A stretch of 37,071 bases of DNA from Selaginella moellendorffii (lineage: Eukaryota > Plantae > Lycopodiophyta): positions 1 to 37,071 of the forward strand of contig NW_003314486.1 of the NCBI RefSeq assembly GCF_000143415.4, read 5' to 3'. A program made the translations under genes and the position numbers. Below, one piece after another: positions 1 to 11,020 of the stretch (position 1 is its first letter; each line of letters opens with the position of its first letter). The notes under the pieces are model-generated. The model was not told where the DNA came from. It searched no databases and saw nothing but the letters and a program-made list of their open reading frames with translations.

Positions 1-1141
1 TAGCGGGTTTGGACTTACGGCGAAAGTTACCTGTCGGCTAGTCCTTACGGACACTCTTACCTTACTGCCACGATGGCAGGAGGTCGGTATTGCTGGTTCC
101 CTTTATTAGCCCCTCTTGTCCAGTGTTAGCTTACTGGGCTTAGCATCTGTACTTAGCCAGATGGACATAAGGTAGGAACTCCTATGTGTTTCTAGCTGAG
201 CATACTCGGCCTGGCTTTTAGTTCTCTTTTGCTCTGTCTTGCACTGGCTTGACAAGAACCCTCGCGTATTGAGATTAGTCCCTCAATAATGCTACATGAT
301 AGCTTACCGTGTCTGCCAAACACCCTCGCTATCATGCCCTTTGTGTTAGTCTCATTTCGGTCCCAAATGCTATTTATGGAAAGTGTCCAGATTTGCTCAT
401 TTGGCATATCTACGGAATGTAGAAATCGGCCTGAACACAATGGTGTTCGTCCCGTGTCCAAATTCGCAATCTAAGGACATTCCATATTTAGTAAGTTTCG
501 AGTTTGTCCCAGAAACTAACTCCTGATACTAAGGGAGGCTTGGGGTGAAAGCCCAAAGCGTGTGTTCCTCAAGGGGGGGGGGGGCTATGGGGGGTTCCAA
601 ATGTATAGTAGGGATAGTGGGTAGGTCGGGCATGGCCGACCAACCTGAGGCATAGTCTAGCTCCCGCTTGCGTGCCTGTCCTTGTTCTGCGTCCGGCTTG
701 GGTCTAAGCCCAAGTTCCATTCCATGCTAGTTGGTGGAGTACCCATATCCTCGCGTTAGGCCACCGGTATGCCGAAATAGCGCTAGACTCCGTTTGGCTC
801 CGTTTTGCGTGCTGGTCCTGGCATTGGGATGCTGGTTGCTCCAGGATTGTTCCAAGTCGCTCCGGGCTCCTGTCCCTTCGCTCCTTGGGCTGTATGCTCG
901 GGAGTTGCTCCGTGGTCCGGTTCCATCACTCCTCGGCGTCACGCTTGGGAGTTTGGCACCGTTCCTTCGTTCAGTGGCCCAAGGCCCTGAACCTCGGGTT
1001 CCTATGGACACGTGGCACGGACACGTGGTATGTGACACGTGGCATCTGTCACGTGGCACAAAGAGGGTTTAGGTTCCGCTTCGTGGTGTTATCCTATGGT
1101 AAATCACCATAGGATAAAGGGTAAAAACCACGTGCGCTACA
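1..1141 (+). repeat. 5' LTR of family-A element copy A1 (window probably starts 2 nt inside the LTR)
   Basis: Ends ...GTGCGCTACA directly before a PBS. Starts TAGCG, so (TG)TAGCG...CGCTACA would be the terminal inverted repeat. Homologous to 17413-18558 (-) and 27970-28890 (+). Confidence 0.9.
542..619 (+). promoter_or_regulatory. rDNA Pol I promoter-like block inside LTR A1
   Basis: GGGGTGAAAGCCCAAAGCGTGTGT-(G)n-CTATGGGGGGTTCCAAATGTATAGTAGGGATAGTG, nearly identical to 31337-31412. TATAGTAGGG at 604-613. Confidence 0.75.
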
Positions 1142-1143
1142 TT

Positions 1144-1154
1144 TGGTATCAGAG
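1144..1154 (+). promoter_or_regulatory. Primer binding site, tRNA-iMet
   Basis: TGGTATCAGAG 2 nt after the LTR-terminal CA; the standard plant iMet PBS. Confidence 0.92.
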
Positions 1155-1206
1155 GATGAGTCTCAGCGAGTACTATTCAATGAGATTGGGCAACTAGTCT
1201 TGTTGC

Positions 1207-1306
1207 NNNNNNNNNNNNNNNNNNNNNNNNNNNNNNNNNNNNNNNNNNNNNNNNNNNNNNNNNNNNNNNNNNNNNNNNNNNNNNNNNNNNNNNNNNNNNN
1301 NNNNNN
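1207..1306. other. Assembly gap (100 N)
   Basis: Run of N. The paralogous copy near 16710-16716 has only 3 nt between the same flanks. Confidence 0.99.
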
Positions 1307-4300
1307 CGCAGAGATGAAAACGATGATCCGAGTGGGTACACGCTTTTGGTGCAAAGACTTCGCATTGGTTCCTTGGGTATGGATATTGTTACCTTATTGT
1401 ACCTTATGATGTGAGCTTGCGCTTGGGCTCATAGGATGGATTTGAGTTGTTCCGGTAGCACGAGTTTAAGCTTGGGCTCGTGAGAGAGGCACATTAGCAA
1501 CTCAAGAATACACTTTGAGTTGGCAGGATTAATGTTAGCCTATCGGTGGTTCCATGAGTTGTTCCATGTACCATGGGTGAAAGCAAACTCCCTGGGTTTG
1601 CTATGAGTGGCAAATAGGCTGGTCCGTAGCTGTTTAGCACGGCACTAGTGGATCCTTCCTAAGCATGATTATAATTGGATCAATCAAGATTGTAGGGAAT
1701 AGTCTATTGGTTCAAGTAATCATTGCCGTGCTCTCTCATAAACTTTTCTTCGATTGAGCTGAAGGCAGTGCGAAAGCAAGCTTGAGGTTTGGTCAAAGAT
1801 GAGACCGAAAAGAGAGTCATCGAGGACGGAGGATCAAATACGTAAATCATTTTCTCTTCTTGGAGAGATGATTTGCAACGAGGTGTTAACTCATTGCTTG
1901 TGTTCACATTATGCAATCAAGAGTCCCTACCTTGGTGCATGTTGGAGATGGTGGTCTTACAAGTGGTGAGTTATGGGATGGATAGTGGTGAAACACTAAA
2001 CCATTTTGTCTAGGCTCGCTATTGGAAGACTTGGGTTGCAATGCTCAATTCTTTTCCGGGGAACCTTGTTATTGCTCCTTGAGTAGCTTGGTGTTGGAAT
2101 AGTTTTGAGATTGGTCGGAAAGAGAGTGGCATAAGCTTGTCTGTGTTGTGAACAAAAGTTAGTGGTGTTGGGTGTCGTAAATCTCTATTGGTGGAGTGTG
2201 GCATTTATGTTGCATTTTGTCGAATCGAGTTGGCATTTGATACTCACATAAACATTTGAAGTAATGACATAAGCCTTGCTCATTGCGTTACTCAATTGAT
2301 GATCAAGTCATTGTGATTTATATCATATCCATGTGATAATGAGCAATGTGTTTACAAAGTTGCTTGGGTAAATGATGATCAACCCCAAAGTGGTTGATGG
2401 AGAAGCTAGTCTACTTGCACGAAGTAGCATCTCAATGGTGGTCCATTATGCTAAGCTTATGTTGGTACCTTGTTTCCTTGAGGGTTTGCCCATAAGGTGT
2501 TGGGAATGGGTTGTAGCATTCATTTGCTATAGCTCATCTGTTGATCTGTTAGCACTTGGAATAAATTATTGGATGGAGAAGGTGTGTAGTTGGGGCATTG
2601 ACATCACTAGCACTTGTGTTAGTGGAAGTGGCATTGTTATTTCAAGTGATGAGGAATTTTCCTTGGACCTTGATTTTTCATGTCATTTATCTTGTTAGTG
2701 TTTTGGCTTCACATTGGATCTTGAAGGTGATTGAAGAAGAGTGTTAGTGCAATGTGGATATCCGAAGATGTGGTCTTAGTGATCAAGTCTTGGATGGTCA
2801 TTTTGCACTTTGCGGATGATGGTGTTGGATGTCGGTTAAATGGGCAAAGATGTTCGATGCTTAAGCATGTTGTTCGATCATGAGAATTTGTGTTGAGGTG
2901 AGCCTATGTGAAGTTGTTGGTAGGAGGAAGTTGGTGAAGTCTTGAAAGTTTGCAATCCTGGATTGAGAGTCATACTTTATCTAGGATGGGAAATTTTCCA
3001 CAAATTTTCTTAGACTTTTCCAATGGCTGATCTATTGATCATTTTGTCCGAAAACCATTCCGTTTTCGTAGGCCAGTACAAACTAGTGAAGGGGTTGGAG
3101 TTGACTTCGGTTACCTTAGACCTTGGTAGGTAGTTTGTATGATGCAACCCAAAAGGGATGCTAACTTTTGGGGCTAAGGCAATTGAGTTGGATAGAGTCT
3201 GGAGTTGGTGTAGAAAAGTGGTTGTTGCACTTTTCTCAGAAAGGTGACCCTTGTACCTTTCTTTTGTAGCGTTATGCTTGGTGGCAGGTTGCACCTTGCA
3301 TTACGTTAGACTCTATGAGAGTAGTGAGCTCTCACTGATCTTGACTTGGTCTTGGTGGCCCTGCGCCTTGGCTGAGGATGGTGATGTCCAACTTAGTTGT
3401 TTGAGGTTGAGATGTTGGTACCCGTACTATAGCTTTGTCTATGAGGAGGTTGTGTACCGATGTGAGTTCATCTCATGGTCTTCACTTTAGTTTCGACTGA
3501 GTGTTGATCATGCATAGCTAGCCTCTTCAAGGCATGCTCAGAGCTAGTGGCTAAATGTTTTAGTGAGCTTATTACGGTTGAGTTGGATTCGAGTGGTCAT
3601 TTAGTTTGTGCTTGTCCATGAACTTTTATCTCATGTTTGAGGTATTATGTTTATGCTAGATAAGTATATAACTTGATGACAAGAGTTGGTGTTTGGGTCT
3701 TGTGAAGGCAAGTTGAGGAGTGATTGTTAGTTGCTTTGCGACTAGTGATTACTTGTAGTCTTCATCAAGGGCCGTTAACACTTGCTTTGCTCGATGATGA
3801 TTTAGCAGTGATGGGCTTGCTTTACCGGATGGTGTTGCGGAGGATCGTGTCGTTAGACTTACATGGTTTTTCCATGTTGACATGTCGACTCTATCTCTGT
3901 CGATTTCATTTGGTTGTATTTAGTTCGTGGTGTTGGATTTCATTAAGTCTTGGATGTGGTGACTCACTCCTTGAGGAAGTGTAATCTGTAACTGGGTTTT
4001 GCTAAAGGATTGGTCTCGGTTACTAATTAAAGTATCTTCGACCTTGGTTAGCTTGGTTGCTGGAAAGCTCCGAGTGGTGATTCACTCATGCTTTCTTCTA
4101 GCTTTGTTTTGGTGTTGATGGCATTGAAGTGATGCTTTGTCATTGACATTGTTGATATTGAGATCTGAGTGAAATGAGATATCCTTCCAAAAGATTGATA
4201 TTGAGTTTCATTAGTCTTGATGAATATAGTGTTGATGATTTGGCTATAGCTTTGTGTTGTTGGCATTCGTGCATTTGCTAATTAGCAACTGTGTTGACGT

Positions 4301-5709
4301 TCAAACGAACTGAGTGGCAAGTTGAGTTAGTTGTGTTCTAGACGAGATTATTTAGTAGAGGGTTGAGCTTTAGCTTTTCCTTGAAAAGTGATTTAGTCGT
4401 GGACTATGCTAACTCTACGAGAAGAAGAGTTAGTGATCGATATTAGAATGTTGAGTCCTTGCTGGATTTGAGTTCGGAATATAGCAATCATTAATGATTC
4501 TTTTTGAGCTTGTTATGAAGTGAGTTACGTCTTGCTATAGATGGATTCATGGAGGATCGTTTGATGATCACTTGTTAAGCATAGCTTCGTTATACTTAGC
4601 TTTTGGATTGATGCAAAAATGCTCTTCATTAGCTTTGGCATTATAAAGTTTGGCTTATGGATGTGTTGAGGAAGATATTGTGGGTTGCACCATGATTTCT
4701 TCTTTAGCATTGAAGTTAGCTTCTATGAGACTCGTGATCATTATTAGGCAAGACTTAGTTATAGGCTTCTTCGAGCTTTTGGTTCTTGAGTTTTGTGCTC
4801 ATTGTTCCATTTGTTAGAAGTTGTTGGGGAAGGCATTTTGGCTCATTAGCTTCGATGTTGAAGTTGGTTTTTGCATTTGGCAATCATTGGTGATGATTGA
4901 CTATCATCTAGGGTAGTTGATTGTCCTTATCACAAGTTTTGCTTGATTATTGTTGGTTTGGAATTATTTGCTATTCTTTGGGATGGTAGATTCTTTCTTC
5001 AACGATGATTATACATCACTACATTGATGGGCTGATTGACGATCTTTCATGATAGTTAGTTGTTCTCTTTGATGGCTTTTGGCTTTTGGCAATACCACAT
5101 GTTCTTTGTGGTTTGCTCTGGATTGGTCTCTTGGGTTTGAGACGTCAGTAGGATGTTGCTGACACTTGCTTAGGCAACTTGAATTCCTTGGTATTGTTGG
5201 CTGGGATCTATTCAGATTGGCTTTTGTGATAGTTGGCGGGAATGAGTGTTTGTTGGTCTTACCACATTCATTTTCTTCTGTTGATTGTTGCTCGAGTTAG
5301 TTTTGATAGATTTGGATATTATTTCCTTTGGGTGATACATTCGCGAGCATTGTGCTTGTTAGTCAATGATACTTTGTGTTCTTTGAGTTCTCTCTAGTAA
5401 GTTGTTGGCTTACTATCTACTATCTTCGATAGTTAAGTTTCATCATTGAGTTTCCTTGATGATATACTAGCTATTGAATTTTGTTGGATGGTCATTCCTG
5501 TGTTTGCCAAATTATGATGATCTGTTGGTGGTTCCTATCTACAATACTACTGGTTTATCGGATGATAACTTGCTTAGAATACTTTTGTGTTCTACTCTAA
5601 GATATAATCACTAGTAATTAAGCTTCTCAGATATCATTGTCTCTGACTTTGATATTGTCCATCCATTGATCTTTGAGTTTGGGCCAGTAATGGGCAGACT
5701 TCGGCACTC

Positions 5710-5785
5710 CATGGCAGTAAGGAAAGAGTTTCTGTAAGGACTGGTCGACAGGTAACTTTCGATACCCAAAGTCACATTCGCGACA
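5710..5785 (-). repeat. Truncated 3' LTR of A2 (first ~76 nt)
   Basis: Reverse complement begins TGTCGCGAATGTGACTTTGGGTATCGAAAG, like the LTR starts at 18558(-) and 27970(+). Confidence 0.85.
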
Positions 5786-5798
5786 CTCTCCCCCCCTT
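5786..5798 (-). promoter_or_regulatory. Polypurine tract of A2
   Basis: Pyrimidine run CTCTC(C)nTT on +, i.e. AA(G)nAGAG immediately before the LTR TG on the minus strand. Confidence 0.88.
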
Positions 5799-8700
5799 GG
5801 GGAAGATCGACGTCCTCGTCGATGCATACTCCAGTCTAGAATACCGCCAAGGAAACAACTCCAGAAAAAGTTCACGGTACTCACACTATGTGAGAAATGC
5901 ACCAACTTAAATGAGTTAGGGGGCAACCTCTTTGTCTAACGCGGATGCGCTACCAGCTCAGACACCTTCCGGCCGTCGCCGACAAGGAAATGACCAACGG
6001 AGTCAGCCACCCCTGCTGCTCTGGGAGTCACCCAGCTTACAAAAGTGTGATATGCCCTGCCCGCAGGAACATAGAGAGAGAAGCCAGAGGCCCCTACCCT
6101 CCTAAGCAAAGAAACCAAACCCGTCGGTAAGGTTTAGATAGACTACTGTAAACAGGCAGTTAGAGTTGTTTACACGGTCACGCCCTTTCAACGGAATAAG
6201 GAACATCGATAAAGAGGCGGGTTATGTGACCAGTCGACAGTAGCTACCCCATGACTAGAGATTTCACCATGCACACGAAGTGCCGAAGCCAGTCTGCCCA
6301 TTACTGGCCCAAACTCAAAGATCAATAGATGGACAATATCAAAGTCATAGACAATGATATTTTAGAGATTTAATTATCAGGGAATAAAGCTTAGATTAGA
6401 ACACAAAAGTATTCCAAGTAAGTTATCATCCGATAAACTAGTATTACAGTATAGGAACCACCAAGATCACTATCATTGGAAAACATAGGATGCACCATCC
6501 AACAAAATTCAATAGCAAGTATATCATCAAGTAAACGCAATGATAAAACTTAACTACCGAAGATAGCAGATAGTAAGCCAACAACTTACGAGAGAGAACT
6601 CAAAGAACACAAAGTATCATTGACTAACAAGCACAATGCTCGCGAATGTATCACCCAAAGGAAATAACATCCAAATCTATCAAAACTAACTCGAGCAATA
6701 ATCAACAGAAGAGAATGAATGTGGGAAGACCAACAAACACTCATGCCTGTTAACTATCACAAAAGCCAATCTGAATAGATCCCAGCCAACAATACCAAGG
6801 AACTCAAGTTGCCTAAGCAAGTGTCAGCAACATCCTACTGATGTCTTAAACCCAAGAGACCAATCTAGAGCAAACCACAAAGAACATGTGGTATTGCAAA
6901 AAGCCAAAAGCCATCAAAGAGAACAACCAACTATCATGAAAGATCGTCAATTAGCCCATCAATGTAGTGATGTATAATCATTGTTGAAGAAAGAATCTAC
7001 CATCCCGAAGAATAGCAAATAATTCCAAACCAACAATAATCAAGCAAAACTTGTGATAAGGACAATCAACTACCCTAGATGATAGTCAATCATCACCAAT
7101 GATTGCCAGATGCAAAAACTAACTTCAATCGAAGTTAATGAGCCAAAATGCCTTCCCCCAACAACTTCAAACAAATGGAACAATGAGCACAAAACTCAAG
7201 AACCAAAAGCTCGAAGAAGCCTATAACTAAGTCTTGCCTAATAATGATCACGAGTCTCATAGAAGCTAACTTCAATGCTAAAGAAGAAATCATGGTGCAA
7301 CCCACAATATCTTCCTCAACACATCCATAAGCCAAACTTCATAATGCCAAAGCTAATGAAGAGCATTTCTGCATCAATCCAAAAGCTAAGCATAACAAAG
7401 CTATGTTTAACAAGTGATCATCAAACGATCCTCCATGAATCCATCTATAGCAAGACGTAACTCACTTCATAACAAGCTCAAAAAGAATCATTAATGATTG
7501 CTATATTCCGAACTCAAATCCAGCAAGGACTCAACATTCTAATATCGATCACTAACTCTTCTTCTCGTAGAGTTAGCATAGTCCACGACTAAATCACTTT
7601 TCAAGGAAAAGCTAAAGCTCAACCCTCTACTAAATAATCTCGTCTAGAACACAACTAACTCAACTTGCCACTCAGTTCGTTTGAACGTCAACACAGTTGC
7701 TAACTAGCAAATGCACGAATGCCAACAACACAAAGCTATAGCCAAATCATCAACACTATATTCATCAAGACTAATGAAACTCAATATCAATCCTTGGAAG
7801 GATATCTCATTTCACTCGAATCTCAATGTTAACAACATCAATGACAAGGCATCACTTTAATGCCATCAACATCAGGACAAAGCTAGAAGAAAGCAAGAGT
7901 GAATCACCACTTGGAGCTTTCCAGCAACCAAGCTAACCAAAGTCGAAGATACTATACTTAGTATCGGAGACCAATCCTCTAACAATACTCAGTTACAGAG
8001 AACACATCATCAAGGAGTGATTCACCACGTCCAAGACTCAATGAAATCCAACACTACGGACTAAATGTAACCAAATGATATCAATAGAGGTAAAGTCGAC
8101 ATGCCAACATGGAAAACCATGCAAGTCCAACAACACGATCCTCCGCAACACCATCCGGTCAAGCAAGCCCACCACTGCTAAATCATCATCGAGCAAAGCA
8201 AGTGTCAACGGTCTTTTTGACAAAGTCTACAAGTAATCACTAGTCGCAAATCAACTAACAATCGCCCTTCAACTTGCCTTCACAAGACCCGAACACTAAC
8301 TCATGTCATCGAGTTACATACTTGTCCAACATGAACATAATACCCCAGGTACGAGATAAAAGTTCATAGACAAGCACAAACTAAATGACCACTCGAATCC
8401 AACTCAACCGCAATAAGCTCACTAATGCATTTAGTCAATAGCTCTGAGCATGCCTTGAAGAGGCTAGCTATGTGATCAACACTCAGTCAAAACTAAAGTG
8501 AAGACCATGAGATGGACTCATATCGGTACACAACCTCCTCATAGACAAAGCTATAGTACGGGTACCAACACCGCAAACTCAAACAACTAAATTGGACATC
8601 ACCATCCTCAGCCAAGGTGCAGGGCCACCAAGACCAAGTCAAGATCAGTGAGAGCTCACTACTCTCGTAGAGTCTAACGTAATGCGAGGTGCAACCTGCC

Positions 8701-10257
8701 ACCAAGCACAACGCTACAAAAGAAAGGCACAAGGGTCACCTTTCTTAGAAAAGCGCAACAGCCACTTTTCTATACCAACTCTAGACTCTATCCAATTTAA
8801 TTGCCTTAGCCCCAAAAGTTAGCATCCCTTTCGGGCCGCATCATACAAACTACCTACTAAGATCTAAGCCAACCGAAGTCAACTCCAACCCCTTCACTAG
8901 TTTGTACTGGCTTTCAAAAATGGAATGGTTTTCGAGCAAAGTGACCAACAGATCAGCCATTGGAGAAGTCTAAGAAAATTTGTGGAAAATTTCCATCCTA
9001 GAGAAGGAATGACTCTCAGCCTAGGATTGCAAACTTTCAAGACTCAACCAACTTCCTCCTACTAACAACTCCACATAGGTTCACCTCAAAAAAAAATTCT
9101 CATGATCCAAAAATATGCTTAAGCATCGAACATCTTTGCCCATCTAACCGATATCCAACACCGTCATCCGCAAAGTGCAAAATGAACATCCAAGGCTTGA
9201 TCACTAAGACCACATCTTCGGATATCCACATTGCACTAACACTCTTCTTCAATCACCTTCAAGATCCAATGTGAAGCCAAAACACTAACAAGATAAATGA
9301 CATGAAAAATCAAGGTCCAAGGAAAATTCCTCATCACTTGAAATAACAATGCCACTTCCACTAACACAAGTGCTAGTGATGTCAATGCCCCAACTACACA
9401 CCTTCTCCATCCAATAATTTATTCCAAGTGCTAACGGATCAATAGATGAGCTATAGCAAATGAATGCTACAACCCATTCCCAACACCTTATGGGCAAACC
9501 CTCAAGGAAACAAGGTACCAACATAAGCTTAGCATAATGGACCACCATTGAGATGCTACTTCGTGCAAGTAGACTAGCTTCTCCATCAACCACTTTGGGG
9601 TTGATCATCATTTACCCAAGCAACTTCGTAAACACATTGCTCTTTATCACATGGATATGATATAAGCATCACAATGACTTGATCATCAATTGAGTAACAC
9701 AATGAGCAATGCCTATGTCATTACTTCAAACGTTTATGTGAGTATCAAATGCCAACTCGATTCGACAAAATGCAACATAAATGCCACACTCCACCAATAG
9801 AGGTTTACGACACCCAACACCACTAACTTTTGTTCACAACACGGACAAGCTCATGCCACTCTCTTTCCGACCAAACTCAACACTAATCCAACACCAAGCT
9901 ACTCAAGGAGCAATAGCAAGGTTCCCCGGAAAAGAATTGAGCATTGCAACCCAAGTCTTCCAATAGCAAGCTTAGACAAAATGGTTAGCATTTCACCACT
10001 ATCCATCCCACAACTCACCATTGTAAGACTGTGAGACACAAAATCCCTAGGCCCCAAAGTGGAGCCGGAAGGGCGCCACATGGTAGTGGCCGAAGCGAGA
10101 GCCAAACGAGCGTAACACGTTTGGACGAAAAGCTCCGACTTGAAAAGTCAAGAGCGGGAGTGGAACTCCCAACGAAGTGCTCGAGGAACGAGCACGAAGC
10201 GAGCAAAAGGCGAGGCTCCAAAAAGGGACCCAAAAGGACCAACACATGACACGTGGG

Positions 10258-10945
10258 AGTGTCCGAGATGGACTCGAGTTGGAGTCCGAAGTGGGGTCCG
10301 AGATGGACTCGAGTTGGAGTCCGAAGTGGAGTCCGAGATGGACCCAAGTTGGAGTCCGAAGTGGAGTCCGAGGTGGACCCGAGATGGACCCGAGTTGGAG
10401 TCCGAAGTGGAGTCCGAGATGGACCCGAGTTGGAGTCCGAAGTGGAGTCCGAGGTGGACCCGAGATGGACCCGAGTTGGAGTCCGAAGTGGAGTCCGAGA
10501 TGGACCCGAGTTGGAGTCCGAAGTGGAGTCCGAGGTGGACCCGAGATGGACCCGAGTTGGAGTCCGAAGTGGAGTCCGAGATGGACTCGAGATGGAGTCC
10601 GAGATGGAGTCCGAGATGGAGTCCGAGGTGGACCCGAGATGGACCCGAAATGGAGTCCGAGATGGAGTCCGAGATGGAGTCCGAGATGGAGTCCGAGATG
10701 GACCCGAGATGGACCCGAGACGGAGTCCGAGATGGAGTCCGAGATGGAGTCCGAAGTCGAGACCGAGACCAGGACCGAGACCGGGACCGAGACCGAGACC
10801 GAGACCGAGATTGGGACCGAGACCGAGACCGAGGCCGAGGCCGAGATCGAGCCCGAGCCCGAGTCCGAGTCCGAATCCGAGTCCGAGTCCGAGTCCGAGT
10901 CCGAGTCCGAGTCCGAGTCCGAGTCCGAGTCCGAGTCCGGAGTCT
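10258..10945 (+). repeat. GC-rich satellite in B LTR (GGAGTCCGAGAT / GGACCCGAGAT / GAGTCC / GAGACC units, 81-bp higher-order repeat)
   Basis: Directly visible tandem array; produces the low-complexity ORFs in all frames. Confidence 0.95.
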
Positions 10946-10949
10946 GAGA

Positions 10950-11020
10950 GGGTGAAAGCCCAAAGCGTTCGTCTCCCAGACCCTGGGGGGTTTGGTGAGC
11001 CCCAAAAGTATAGTAAGGGG
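10950..11020 (+). promoter_or_regulatory. rDNA Pol I promoter-like block in B 5' LTR
   Basis: GGGTGAAAGCCCAAAGCGTTCGTCTCCCAG...CCAAAAGTATAGTAAGGGG; same two conserved boxes and similar spacing as 31337-31412. Confidence 0.7.

Larger units (their letters stand above)
1..5709 (+). mobile_element. Non-autonomous (LARD-like) LTR retrotransposon, family A, copy A1, 3'-truncated
   Basis: LTR, PBS and ~4.5 kb of T/G-rich internal sequence with no long ORF. The internal region recurs inverted at 6279-10029/16466-16730 and ~18670-22714. Breaks off at TTCGGCACT (~5708). Confidence 0.8.

Noticed and set aside
10258-10945. CRISPR-like appearance of regularly spaced repeats
   Set aside because: No unique spacers, no cas genes, eukaryotic context.
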